A DNA stretch of 63,553 nucleotides, filler included, from Stramenopiles sp. TOSAG23-3 (GCA_900128585.1; 10 parts of 10 records of this genome joined end to end with filler, not necessarily neighbours in it), one strand, 5' to 3'; counted from the first letter of the whole stretch, positions 41,264-54,128 are shown. Notes: generated by a model from the sequence alone, not told the origin. Numbers and translations are program-made.

Positions 41264-42445
41264 ATGGGCAACAAGGCCGGGAAAAATTCAGAAAGTCGAA
41301 AGTCAGATAAATCGTGGGAGTCTTTCGTTGACGAAAGTAGTGGGGAGAAGTACTACACAAATAAACTTACTAGGCAAACGACGTGGACGAACCCGAAATT
41401 CAGATTAGACGAAGCCATTAAGACCTTGGAAAGAGCTGAAGCGGGTGTTCCTCGCGGTGACGACGAGAACGTAGCCGGCGAAGGGGGGGCGACGGAGTCA
41501 ACTACCGCGGAATGGACGGCATACAAAGACGACGATACGGGCGAAATATATTTTACACACTCTGTGAATGGAAAAACGACCTGGTCGAAGCCGAAGGAGC
41601 CCTTTGTAATTGGAGAAGGGGAAGACATTAGATTGAGTGAAATAGAAAGCGACGAAGAGTCTGGTAGCGAGAGCGAGGACTTGCCAAAGAAAACGGGCGA
41701 GAAGGTGTCTGCTAAGAAGGGGCCGACGGGGTCGCCTGCAGCTGTTTGGACGGCATACAAAGACGACGATACGGCCGAGATATATTTCACACACTCTGTG
41801 AATGGAAAAACGACTTGGTCGAAGCCGAAGGAGCCCTTTGTAATTGGAGAAGGGGAAGACATTAGATTGAGTGAAATAGACAGTGACGAAGAGTCTGCCA
41901 GTGAGAGCGAGGGATGGACGGCGTACAAAGACGACGACTCGGGGGAGGTGTACTTTACAAACTCTTTGAAAAGATGTACAACATGGACTGTGCCGCAAAG
42001 TGGGTTCCGCGTGGGCAAAGGAGAGGCCATTGACGTAGACGCTTTAAAAGTAATTGGTGATAGTGAAGATGATGGCAGTAGCAGAGAAACGGAGGCGCCC
42101 GAAGGCGGTGGGAATACTGTGGGTCCCTCCTCCGTTGGTGACCAAACGAAGGTAAAGGTCGAAGGTACAGCGGAGGGTGCGGTAGGAAAGAAAAAAGCAG
42201 ATACGACCAAGAAGAATAAATTTTCTTTCGTTCCATCTATCGGAGCGTTGAAGGCTGCCATAAAATCTCGCAAGGGTAAGAACGAACCGACGGAAACCGA
42301 CGCGAAGGCGCAGCCAAAATGCTCCCAGAAGAAATGCGACGACGACGTTTACTTGGATGGTTTGTGTCTCTTGCATTTTAAAGACCGCCATGTACAACAG
42401 CAAAAGGTATATGAAAAGAGGCGGCAAAAGTTTTTTGGGGACTAA
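41264..42445 (+). CDS. Protein with four WW domains and a C-terminal CCCH-type motif
   Basis: WESFVDESSGEKYYTNKLTRQTTWTNP plus three WTAYKDDDxxExYFT...TTWxxP units; ends with CSQKKCDDDVYLDGLCLLH. Start taken at ATG 41264 (MGNKAG). Confidence 0.88.
   Translation: MGNKAGKNSESRKSDKSWESFVDESSGEKYYTNKLTRQTTWTNPKFRLDEAIKTLERAEAGVPRGDDENVAGEGGATESTTAEWTAYKDDDTGEIYFTHSVNGKTTWSKPKEPFVIGEGEDIRLSEIESDEESGSESEDLPKKTGEKVSAKKGPTGSPAAVWTAYKDDDTAEIYFTHSVNGKTTWSKPKEPFVIGEGEDIRLSEIDSDEESASESEGWTAYKDDDSGEVYFTNSLKRCTTWTVPQSGFRVGKGEAIDVDALKVIGDSEDDGSSRETEAPEGGGNTVGPSSVGDQTKVKVEGTAEGAVGKKKADTTKKNKFSFVPSIGALKAAIKSRKGKNEPTETDAKAQPKCSQKKCDDDVYLDGLCLLHFKDRHVQQQKVYEKRRQKFFGD
41513..41912. repeat. Intragenic 166-bp near-identical repeat (41513-41678 and 41747-41912)
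   Basis: WW2 and WW3 with their acidic linker, duplicated 234 bp apart with few substitutions. Confidence 0.92.
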
Positions 42446-43607
42446 TTAAAGCGTATATAAGAAGGATCGTTTCCCAGTTTACATCTTACAAACTTTTTTT
42501 ACTAAGAATTAGGAAAGAAATAACTGAAAAAAGGGTCTTTTATTATTTGCCGCGGGTGTGTTGCTTTTTGTTGCTATTTTTCACAGGCCGTGCGTAATAA
42601 TTTTGATGATGATGAGTTAGTGTCATTATTATTACGTTTTGTTGGTAGTATGATACATCATATTGTTATGTTATATATGGGCTTGTTGTATTTTTTAATT
42701 GGAATACTCTGCACTGCTAGACGACTACCGTACTTGATGAGTTCTAACAACACAAAATGCATGTACCAGCTGTAATTAATTGCATCTAGGAATATAAAAT
42801 ACAAGATTACGAATTTATAAAGTTTAACTACGTGTACCCGAGGATCTAGAAGAAGATCGAAGAAAAAACAAGAAATTCTGCTACAGGCTACATTTAGTCA
42901 GGGAACTTTTTTAAAAATGTTGCTGTTGAGAACAAAATCTTGTAACTAAAATAGCACTAATCATCCAATTCGTTCTGTTCGTACTACTTGCATGTATTAT
43001 AGTCGTCTAAAAAAATAATAAAAAATTATAGACCTGTAGTAATAATACTGTAGCTAAATAATCAATCACCGAATAATTTTTTAAGTGCTAAAAAAACGAG
43101 GGTGCTTTGTGTAGTAGTATTCGAAGCGGTCTATTTACGCGTTCTCCTCGCTTGCTGGTTTCAAAATATATCAAAAAAATACCACTGCTGTATCATTATA
43201 CTAGTTTGTTTAGTACGATGATAGGCAGACAAAATAAAAAGAATTAAATTTTAGTGGAGTTAGCTGCACGGTGCACAGTAGTTGTTAGTAATTAAATACC
43301 GTACGTACCTGCAGCACGTATTAATATTAATACCAGGTACCACCAAGGAATATCATTAATTTTTATTAAACGAAACAACACACAACTAAACAAAGAAAAA
43401 AGGGACAAAATGCAATTGGATAGCCGATTGCATAATTTGCATTTTCATATTCCATCCATAAAGGAGGGATACGAACGCCCGTTCAAAAAGTTTGCTGCAT
43501 GCTGGTTATCTGATTATCTAAAAAGGGTCAGTGTGCTATTTGCTACAAGATGAAACGATATATTTTTGGATTGATTTTCTTGTCGGTGTTTATCACCACG
43601 TCGGTGT

Positions 43608-43707
43608 NNNNNNNNNNNNNNNNNNNNNNNNNNNNNNNNNNNNNNNNNNNNTTAATTAATTAANNNNNNNNNNNNNNNNNNNNNNNNNNNNNNNNNNNNN
43701 NNNNNNN
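43608..43707. other. Artificial contig spacer
   Basis: N44-TTAATTAATTAA-N44. Confidence 0.97.
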
Positions 43708-44222
43708 ATAACAGCATAATAGGTGTGGTTCTATGGTGTGTCTATATTAGAGTTCAAAACCGCATTATTTGGAAAAAGAAATTTGTAACAATTAAGGAAA
43801 AAAGAGAAAAATATTGAACAATTTTTATTTTTACAATGCTATTATGATGTAAAAATGAAAAACCTTAAAATTTACCAAAAAAGGACAGAATCTATTATAT
43901 ACTACTAGAGTTATATTTAGTATCAGTATATTGATACAAAAAGTATGAGATGTGTATATTTTTTATGTGTTAAAACATATTATTTTGTGAAAAAGATTTA
44001 GAAAATTGGCTGTTATTTTAAATTTTAGCATATACTTTAAACGCAAAATTTTCATACCACACCAAAGGCAATAAGGTTCAATGCATCGACACACTTTGGT
44101 GAGCGTATTTTCATGGGCTTCTTTTTTGAAAAACAAATTATATATAGTAAGATATGCTTCTTTTTTGATATCTCCATATTTCCAACATTCAGAGACCAGT
44201 TTTTCAACATAAGTTGCGCGTT

Positions 44223-47167
44223 TTAAATAGCGCCGCCCTTCTCTTTTGAAGGCCGTCGGATGCATTTTGCAAGGTAACATTTTTGGCAGAAAAACGTTTC
44301 CAATGCATCACTTTTAGGGTTCAGATTTAGGCATTCCAAATGATGCCACGCGTTGCAACCTTGGCACATGACTTCCCCTTCGCTAAACTTAGGAAGGTTT
44401 GAAATACAAAATGGGCATTTGAATGGAACTGTGGGTCTTTTCATCGCACTATTTTCGCTATCAACCAAAGACGAGGAAGCTGCTGCAGCAGCCGCCGCTT
44501 GTTGCGAAAGGATTGCTTGCTGCAAATACGAGCTTTTGACGGATTTTAATTTTCTGGGAGAAAACTTGCCTTCCCGCTTTGACTTTAAAAATCGGTCTAC
44601 ATCTTGCATAGCATCTGTGGCAATTTTTGGCAAGCGGAACCTAGAGCAAGCAACAGAGACGTGGTTTTGAACCCCGGCCAATTCCTTCATTTTTAAAATG
44701 CTGCTTCTTCGTCTGTTTCGATTTGCCATTTTCTCCGAAAGCTTATTGAATGAATCGGAGTACCGTTCGGACACGTTTATTGCGTCCAAAATAGCCAAGT
44801 TGGCCTCCAACTTATCAACGAACTTTTCTTGCTGACACAATTCAGAGTAGAACTTGTTTGGGGCAGTGCAAAATTTTGCCAATATTTGCTCATCAGGGCA
44901 TTCGACTTTGAATCGAGAGGTTAATTCCCCAAACTTTTGCAAGGCTTCCCATGCCCCCTCAACACCCGCATGGACTTGACTGCACATGTACGCGTCTCGA
45001 ATAAATCTGTGCCCCAACAAGCTCTTCAGAAACCTAAACGCTTCTACATATTCCCATTGTACTAGCATGACTTCCAAAGCCTTGCTGTACGTTTTAGTAG
45101 GAGCGCCTAGAACCATATCTTTAGCCCTAACACTTTCATTGGCAAACGTCTAAACGACCCACTTGCGGGAATCATCTGTAGAAACGAGTCGTGCATGTCA
45201 GACAGCAATCGCTCAGAGGTAACACGGATCGGAGAGGCCGGTTTATTCAACGCACATCTCATGTGATGCCGCAATAAGCTCGATAAGGAGCTGCTCAGTT
45301 TGTCCGAAAATGGACCTTTCCATGCTTTTGGAGAGTACTCCTTCGAAAAGCACTCGAACACCTTTCCGTAAAAATGCGCCACTCGATTTTCACTCACGGT
45401 CAAACTGTCGTTTGTCAATGAAAGTGTGTTCACGACTTCACCTAAAGCTGATTTTACTTGAGAGTTTTTGCTCGCTTCTACCATCAGTTTCTGACCTGCT
45501 AAACAAATAGAAGCTAAGCATTTGCACAAAGCCTCCATTCCCTGCGCCAACGTCGACGCATCACTTTTTTTCTCGGGAAATGCAGACACAGACTCTGGAG
45601 TAGAGATAGTCGATAAGTCATAGGCGCAAAAACGTACCCTTCGACCCACTTTCTTTTTCGTGTTGTCAAACTTTTCCAGTACGCTTTGAGCACTATCAAC
45701 GTGCGCTAGAAATTTTTCAAACTTTGATTTCTTTTTTGAAACCAGCAAAGTCTCGCGCATTTGGCAACGTCCAATAACTTTGATCAGTATTTTTACGGCC
45801 GAGGAATTAAATTTCATCTTAAAAATTGCTAAGAAAGCCTGGTAATTTTGCTCCTTTTCAACTTCCGGGTCAATTTCAGCTTCCTCTGCACTTTCTTCCT
45901 CCTTTTCAGTCACCTCGATCCCGGAAGCAGTGGAAGTCACTGAATTGCTGGCTGCCTCCGAAGGAACAATTGACTTTAGCGGATCCGAAACTATTGAAGC
46001 TCTTTTCTTTGCCGCAAAGAGCTCATCCAATGGATCGTGAACTATCGAATTGCGCTTTTCGCCTGCATTTTTCTCGCTGGTTTCGCTACTATTGTTGTTG
46101 GCATTTCCACTATCTTTTCGCTTCAAAAACGATGCAAATTCATCGTCATCATCATCATCATCATCATCATACAAAAACTCGGCCAGTCTTTCTTTAATAC
46201 CCTTATCATTCTTGACAACTTTTACGTCTGCTGCATCAGCACTTTCCGTTTTGCTCTCCATCAGCTTGAGTCGGTTTTCAAGGGAAGAAATTCTCAGGAC
46301 CAACTTTTCGTTGTAAGGAAGCATCGATTGTGCCTTTTTGTACATTGCTATTGCTTTGCGAAAATTAGAGGCATCTTTTGTCTTTGAGAACTTTTTCGCT
46401 TGGATAATGTAGAGTTTTGCCGATTCTACCTGTGTTTCCACCAACTTTGTCGATATAGCAGCAGGAGCTTTCCCCACTGGTGCTGCTGCGGTTTTCGTTT
46501 TAATTTTTTGCTCCATCTCTTGCCGCAATTTTGTCCTTGGGGCTCGCGCATCTGGGCTCTCAGTGCCTTGCGACTGTTTTAGCAACGCCAGCCGGTTTTC
46601 AAGGGATACAATTCTGAGGGCAAGCTTTTCGTTCCCCCCAAGCAACTTTTGGGCCTTTTGGTACATTTGAATTGCTAAGCTAATATTCGAAATATCCTTC
46701 TTCTTTGCGAAGGACTTTGCTTGAATAATGAACTGTTTAGCAGTGTGAACGTCTTTTTCGTTGACCTGAACGTGAAAAAGTGAAGATTTGGGTGCACTCA
46801 CTCTCGAAGAGGGATCGGTTTTTAGCGCAGTTGTGGTGTTTACACAGCCTGTTGGTGCTAACGAGGATAGACTCGAATGATGCCTACGTTGATTGGCTTG
46901 TCTGCCCGCCTTTGCGAGGGGAAGTTTTTGGCGCTTCAGGGCATTGTTCGCGTTGGAGCTTCGTTCGGACGACTTGCTTACCGTTTGCCTTTTTCTAATC
47001 CCAGGTTCTTTGCCTGGCGCTAGTGTCACTGATTCTACGCTATTCGTAATATCCCTAAGCGAAGAGCCTTTCTTTTTGATGTAGCCTCCTTTTGAGCTTT
47101 TCTGTTTCTGAAAGGAAATCCGGTTGGCCCCTTGCCCTTGGCCAACGGCGTTCAAAAATCCAGACAT
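44223..47167 (-). CDS. Probably one gene (about 980 aa) with two TPR-like helical repeats and a C-terminal PHD finger; frame break near 45150
   Basis: Track ORFs 45107..47167 and 44223..45116 overlap, and the second frame is open from about 45149 (TFANESVRAKDMVLG). PHD motif CPFC...CQGCNAWHHLEC...FFCQKC. Confidence 0.75.
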
Positions 47168-48736
47168 TGTTCGCTACGAGTCCTAACTTGTTAAGAGGTC
47201 AGCAACGTCAATCCAAATGCGTTCGATTTCAAAAGTTGTTTCCCTGGTTACTAAAATGATAAATCAAACCCAATCGATTCCTTGGAATCGAATCGTAAAA
47301 AGAAAGCAAGCCAAAGAGCAATTGGTACGTTGTTAAAATTTATCAAAATGTTTACATTGCATACATAGACCACGTATAAACGCAGGAGAAAGAAACCGAA
47401 CAACCGTTCATGCATTATTAAAAAATTACGTGGTGTAAGGCTACTACTATGAGATACCAAGCTCAATTCTACCACCCTTTTTTATTCGGGGTAAAAACAT
47501 GCAGTACACAGTATGAAAATTGATTATGAGCCTCAAACTACAGCCTTGCCTCTTTTCAAGTGCTATCATAGAAATAAGTATGTTGTTTGTACTGTAAGTG
47601 ATATATTCATCCTATAATTATTCATTTGTAATATCCTTGATTATGTACCTATTAATTTTATAGAAGAGCCTGAGAAGAATTTTTGATGAATGGAATTGAA
47701 TCAACAATAAAAAAAATGAACGTTTGGATCATTTGGAGAATTGTTTGTTAAATCGATACATATTAATATAGAAATAGCAGTGAAAATAAACTGTCATTTT
47801 TATTTTTCATAAAAAGCTTAAAGCAAATATAAATAAATGAATTTACTACTGGTGTAATAGTACACGACAGTGGTATCAAGTCAAAAATAAAAAATAGAAA
47901 AAAGAAGAAGGGAAATCCTTGTTTTTTGTCTATTTATTATTTTTAAGTAAAATATGTGTGTGATAGGATTGGGCCTTTTCGCTAATAATTAAAATATTCT
48001 ATGTACTCGTATTTTAATAGTCTAATAACGAACCGAAGTACACCACAGCATTTGTAAAAAATAATAATAATAAAAAAAAGGAGCAGTTAAAAAAAAATAC
48101 CCCCTCCTTCCCTTCCTTCCTTCCTTTCCTTCCTTTCCTTCCTTCCTTCTTTTTCTATTATTTATTATTAGTTATAGTTATAGTTATATTATAATTTAAA
48201 GTATGGGGATATTCTAGATAGAAGAAATGGGTTCGGTTCCTTTTTTTTTTTTTTGGGTACTTTTGGTGCTATTATTATATGTTATTCCACGTTCTTCTTC
48301 TTTTTTTGGCAGTTGCATTATTAGTTTATCTCTCATCGTCGACCTATTCGTACCGGTTCGTTTTAATTTTTTATTAATAGTACGTACGTACTGTTGTAGT
48401 AGAGACAGACAGTTGTAATTTTTTTATTATATCTCTAAGACGACTATATAGTGTCGTATATTATTCTGATTGGGGAGCTAAGAATTAAAAAAAATAATAT
48501 ATTTTATTATTATTAATTATAAATTTGTTTTTGTAATAATAAATAATAACGAACACTTCACATAGAATTTAAATTAAGATGATTGAATGGTTTTATTATT
48601 ATTGTTCCAGATAGTCCCTCTCGACCTTTTTTTCTACCATTCCCGTTCCTCTCTTTTGGTGGATTTAGATTTGCACAAAAATAAATAATAATAAGAAAAA
48701 GGACGAACGACGATACACAAGAGTACGTAGCTCACC

Positions 48737-50755
48737 ATGACGTCGTTCTTTGATGACTCGACAAGCGCCAACTCGTCCCCGTACGAGTCACTGCTAGACC
48801 AAGTCACCGCACTCCAATCGGATTTGTCCAAGACGTTTGCCGTCTGCCAAACACTGCGCGCTGAAAACGAGCAACTTGGAGAAAGCCTGACGTCCGTCAA
48901 GGAGGAAAACGGAAAGCTGCGCGAAAAGTACACGGACGTCAGGAAACGTTACTATGACGAAAACCAGCAAAAGACCGACATTGAAAATAAACACGAGGAG
49001 ATCGTCCGATCGTGGAAAATCCAGTTGGAGCAGAAAGCGGGAGAGTTCGAAAAACTCCAGAGCAAACTAGCCCCCCCAAGGGACTTAGACTTGCTTAGGA
49101 TGAAAATACAAGAAGAGTTAGAAGTTCCCCACCAGCAAAAGGTTGGCCGTTTGAACGCGGAGGTCGAAAAGTATCGCGAAATGTTCTACAACGTGCGGCG
49201 GGAGCACGAGCTGCTGAAGACGGAGTTTGAGCAGTTCACCATCGACCAGGGCAAAAGGGAGGAGGCGGCGCACGCCGCAACGTCAGCCATGGTCAAAGGA
49301 TTGAAGGCCAAAATCGAAAATTTGCAGACGTCCCGGGACGATACGACGTTAAAGGACAGAGTAAGGCTGATGGGAAGGGATTTGAAAGAATACCAGATTC
49401 GGGAGGAGCAGATGAAGAACGAGATTTCTGGCCTGACGAAGCAGAAGCAAGAGGCAGTAGTGGAAATGGAGCGAGCCATCCTCTCTTCTCAGAAGCACAC
49501 GTCGGAGCTTGCCGCGAGCGCCCAGACGATGGAAGCCCGCGCACTGATGGCTGAATCGAACGTGCACAATTTCAAAACGCAGTACGAGCGGGCCCAACGC
49601 CGGGTAAACGACCAGCAAAAGAGGGTTGTTGAGCTAGAAGGGGACCTCTCTAGGCACCGCCACATGCTGGAGAAAAAGGACCAGCACATCGCGGACGAGC
49701 AAGCGACCGCTTCCGACTCCGTCCAAAAGATTTCGCAAGACTGCGATGCAAAAATTGCCCGTGTGCAAGCGGAAAGCCTCAGGTTGGAGCGCGAAATCAC
49801 GAAATTGCAACAAGCCCTGCAAACGGCCAACGCCAAGACGGAAAGCGCCAAACGGGTGGCGGAGGAAAATGCAACGTCCATCCGACGGGAAATAGAGGAC
49901 CTGAACGCTCACTTTCAGACGGAAAGGGAGGAACTAGAGCAGAAGGTGGAAAATGCCCAAGCATTGGTAAAAGAAGCGAACGAAGGCAAGGCAGAGGCCT
50001 TGAGCAGATCACAGGCGGACCACGATGCGGTGAAGAAAATCCAGAAAAAGCTGGAGCAAGAAATCACGAGAAGGGAAAAAGAAGCCGAGGGTTGGAAGCA
50101 GGAGCGAAGCCGTTTCTCGGAGGCGGAGCATGAGCGAGACGACGCCCAGAATGAACTTAGAGACGAGTACGGTACGCTTCAAGCGCAGCATCGGGAAATA
50201 CGGGCAAAAGAGCAGGCACTTTTGACGGAACGCGAGAAGTTGGAATCTAACGTTGAGTATTTAGAGAATGAAGTTGCAAAGATGTCCTCTGACCAGGAAA
50301 GGTCTCGTGAAATGCATGTAGCCGACTTAGAACAGCAGCGCGTCCAATTTTTGAGCGAGTTCAAGAATTTGAAGAGGGAGATGAAAAACCAAGACCAAAA
50401 GCACCGAAAATTAGTAAGCGGCCTGAACAACGACATTAAGAAAGTAAAAGCAAAGAGCGAAGAGTACAAAAAGAAAGCTTTGTCTGAGCACCGTAAATTT
50501 GGACAAGTTAAGCAAGAGTTCAATTCCACCAGAGCTCAATTCGAGGCTACGAAAAGAGAGCTGCAAGTGGAACTGAACAATGCATCGCAGCGAATTCGCG
50601 AAGTAGAACGCTCGCGAGACCTTTTGATGATCGGAGGAAACGGTGAAAATGATGACGGGGGCGTTAATTCCTCGGGGTTTGACTCCGTTTCCCAAGACGA
50701 AAAGGAACACCAGAAAGAGCTTGCTAAATACTTAGAGAGACTGGAAAAGATGTGA
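48737..50755 (+). CDS. CEP83: Centriolar distal appendage protein CEP83 (CCDC41)-like
   Basis: Entirely coiled coil. LDLLRMKIQEELEVP...EVEKYREMFYNVRREHELLKTEFE matches the conserved CEP83 block as recalled (LELLRAQIQQELETP...EVEKYR...LRYEHTFLKSEFE). Confidence 0.85.
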   Translation: MTSFFDDSTSANSSPYESLLDQVTALQSDLSKTFAVCQTLRAENEQLGESLTSVKEENGKLREKYTDVRKRYYDENQQKTDIENKHEEIVRSWKIQLEQKAGEFEKLQSKLAPPRDLDLLRMKIQEELEVPHQQKVGRLNAEVEKYREMFYNVRREHELLKTEFEQFTIDQGKREEAAHAATSAMVKGLKAKIENLQTSRDDTTLKDRVRLMGRDLKEYQIREEQMKNEISGLTKQKQEAVVEMERAILSSQKHTSELAASAQTMEARALMAESNVHNFKTQYERAQRRVNDQQKRVVELEGDLSRHRHMLEKKDQHIADEQATASDSVQKISQDCDAKIARVQAESLRLEREITKLQQALQTANAKTESAKRVAEENATSIRREIEDLNAHFQTEREELEQKVENAQALVKEANEGKAEALSRSQADHDAVKKIQKKLEQEITRREKEAEGWKQERSRFSEAEHERDDAQNELRDEYGTLQAQHREIRAKEQALLTEREKLESNVEYLENEVAKMSSDQERSREMHVADLEQQRVQFLSEFKNLKREMKNQDQKHRKLVSGLNNDIKKVKAKSEEYKKKALSEHRKFGQVKQEFNSTRAQFEATKRELQVELNNASQRIREVERSRDLLMIGGNGENDDGGVNSSGFDSVSQDEKEHQKELAKYLERLEKM

Positions 50756-50874
50756 GGGGGTAAATTACTTCGTTGTATTTGCAGTATGATATTAAAAATA
50801 TATGAGTGGACTATATAATTTGTTTTTAAAAATATATGAGGTATTGAACACCACCATGTGTGTGCGTGTCTTCT

Positions 50875-52880
50875 TTACACCGCTGTGGATTCTTCGCGAT
50901 CTGGAACCACACTCGTCAAATCTCCCCCTTCGTACATTTCGGCGCTGCTGTGCCGTGAGAGCGTCCCCGCCGGCTTGCCTTGCTCACTTAGGGCTCCGAA
51001 GCTTTTCGTTGCCCGTATACGAGAAGAGGCAGCGTACACTGGTCTATTGCCTGATGTGCTTTTCGAGGAATTTGTCCGGGTGACGATTTTCTTGTGGTCT
51101 TCTTTTATGTCTTCTAACGGCAAATTGATAGTGCCCTTTTCATACGCCTGCACCTCCTGCAAGAGCTCTTCAAACAATGAACTTTTTTTGTACCTCTGAA
51201 AGTTATCGCTTGCCATCATCTTTAGAATCTCATCTTGGACTTCCCCAAACAAGTCGGTACTGGGCGCGACCGTCTGCTGAAGATTGACGGCGTTCACGGC
51301 TTCCGCAATTTTCTCGCGCATGGTCCCCGAAATATTAATGGTATTCTTTCCCCCATCTGCTATGTATTGTTGGTACACATCGTTCATACTGTCTACTTGT
51401 GGTTGAATAATTTCGTATTCAAATTCACTCCGGTACCGTTCAACGTCAAGCCAAAAGTCCAGATGCTCTGTAGAGTACTCCTTTTCCATGTGTGACGCAG
51501 TAAAAAATCAAGCGGGATTTCATGCCGCATCACCCGTAGTTCAAAGTCTGCGCGGGCATTCAGTTCCCCTTGAAACATATGGTCGAAGTTTTCTTTGACA
51601 AATGTGATGGCTACTACGTGCTCGAGCGCTTTGATCGTAGCCGCGCGCGGCTGATCCATGATCAGCGCAAGCTCACCAAAATAGGACCCTGCCGTTATTT
51701 TAGAAATGGGTTCTCCGTCGGGCAAAGGCTGTGGAAACGGGGACGTGCTCCCCTTGGTATCTTTATCGTCGCCGACCACCTCGTCCATGCCCCCCACAGC
51801 CTCTTCGTCTTCGTTTGGGGGGTAAACGCCAACCGTCCCTTCGGCTATCACGTACACCTTGTCGCCGCGATCCCCGGCCCTAAATATGACCGTGTTCGGA
51901 GAAAAATCTTCCACTGAGCACATTTCAGACAACAACTGCAGCTGCCTGTTCGCTACCCCGCGAAAAAGTGGAATATTGAAGCGCTTCAAATCATGTGTAT
52001 GGCGTTTTTCGGCCAAATACGACACGCTTTCGTACTCAGCGGGCGACACAGTTTCCAGGAGTGTGCTAAAGTCTTCTCGTAGAAGGGTCAAAATCAGCGT
52101 GCGAGAGTGGCAGTGCGCGGAGGCCGCCCGCTCGTTTCTATCGTTGTGGTGAAAGAGCGACGATATACCAAAGTACCCTCCCTGGTTGATTTCCACCGTG
52201 GTAGTCCCCACGTTTGTACCCTTCACGTCTTCTTCATCGACAGAAGACGCCTCGGCGGGGTAGTTCGACTCTTTACACACGGTCACGTGACCAAAATATA
52301 CAATAAAAAAATGGGACAGTCGTTGACTCGAAGACTTTCCAAACACCGTACTGTTCCCATCGTGCACCTGGCACTGCAGGCAGTTGGTCAAATAATCCTT
52401 GGTCTCTTCTGGTATCGGTTTCATGATGGGCAAATGGTGTATGGACACTGGCTGGACAACCGTCGCCATGTCTCGAATTTGGTACTCCTTCAACGCTTCG
52501 TAGTGAGAAAAGCTAACGGCAAAAATTTTACACTCACTGGAGCTGGCCACGACGGGAAGGTGGCGCGAAGAGTTCACAAACCCCGTCTTCCCGAAGACGC
52601 TAAGGGCGCCCCGTTTGCATATGCGCCTGGTTAGCTTCCCCTGTTTGTCCGGCCAGACGAAGCTTACGTCACCGGAAAGAACAATGTACATAGTCTCGAC
52701 TTTGGTGGCGTTTCTGCTTATTATCTCATCCTTTACATGGTACGTCAGTATCCTGCCTTTGGCTATGATCGCCCTTGCACTGTCGTCTGTTAAAATGGAA
52801 ATCATCGGAACCTCCTTCAGCAGTGCGATTGAGAGATCATCGAAAAGGGACGCACCGCTACATTTCATACAGTTCCCCAT
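50875..52880 (-). CDS. Three cyclic-nucleotide-binding domains plus an RGS domain; frame broken at about 51490
   Basis: IFRAGDRGDKVYVIAEG...SYFGELALIMDQPRAATIKA plus two degenerate cNMP domains; RGS EKEYSTEHLDFW...YIADGGKNTINIS...MMASDNFQRY; N-terminus MGNCMKCS is an acylation-like motif. Confidence 0.85.
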
Positions 52881-54128
52881 CGCAACCCAACGCCTTTACG
52901 CCCCAAATGCAACAAAAGCCAACACGAGGAAGCCCGTGTACCCGCCGTGCTTGTCCAGGACCGAACCACGCCGTCGCTTAAGAAGTGCACCGGGCCTAAC
53001 CGCGTCGTCGCTTCACTGTACAGCCCAACCCGTCGTCTCCTTTATACACTATGGGCATAAAACAATATTACCGTTCCCCTCGCTTCAGCTAATTCTCTCA
53101 ACCAGACGAAGACTTTCTCTTGTTAATTAGTGTGTGTGAAAACTTAACCGACTTCCCGCTCCGAGATCCGTCCGTTCGCCTATGTTCCTACATGTATTGC
53201 GCTTAAGAGATCCATTTTGGAATTGAATTAAATTAATTTTTTAAAAATTATTATTAATTAGTCTAGACTACTGTATTATTATTATTATTATTTTTTTATT
53301 TAAAAAAAAAAAAAATAATAATTATTTTTTTTTTCTTTTTTGTTCTTCTTGTTGTGTTGTTGTGGCAAATATTCCAATGATATTGTCCACAATACTGGAT
53401 GCAAGTTGGATGGATGGATCTTCTTCGTCGTCTTCTTCTTCTAATTAGTCTACAAGAAGATGATAGGTCTAATAATATATTTTTTAATTCATTATTTTTT
53501 ATTTTATTATTTATTGTAGTTTGTAGTTGTCTACCCCTCTCGTATAGTTAGTTTAGAGAGTCATATTTTAATTACTTTATTGAATATTATTATACATATA
53601 ATGTACACTAGGTACAGCACAACAGTCTCGATTTAATAAATGTAAAGTACTACCCCCAACGGCTTTTCACTGTTATTAGTCGTTCTATTATTGACTAAAA
53701 TATAAATATATATAAATATAATAAAATAATAATACTGTAGTAGAAGAATATAATGGAATAAATAATAATTTCTTTTGCGGTGTGTTGTTGTTGCTTGTTG
53801 TTGTGTTTTTGATGTTATTATTATATTACAGTATTGTTATTTTTTTTTAAAAATTATTTATTATTATTATTTTTTTTAATTCTCTCCTCTCTCTTCTCTC
53901 TCTATTGATGTCGGTTCACCACAGACCGACGACGAAGCAGAAACAAAATGCATTCATCGATGTGGATTAAACAAAAAGAAACGACTATACTTTTTATACC
54001 ATCATCGTGAAATTGGAAAGAGGTGATAAACGAAGTAAACCCACAAAGCTGAATTATTTTATGGTAATTGCCTTGTTTTTCCAGAAAAGCGTAAATTTAA
54101 TTTGTTTGAAAGTATAAACTTTGTCGCC

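Noticed and set aside
42446-44222. Short ORFs 42590..42775 and 43963..44280, and possible RNA genes in this AT-rich stretch
   Set aside because: AT-rich noncoding composition, no motifs, and no tRNA cloverleaf or rRNA/snRNA signature recognised.
45150-45162. 13-nt GT...AG micro-intron explaining the PHD gene frame break
   Set aside because: Removing it gives AAC GTT TGC CAA TGA, an immediate stop in the wrong frame.
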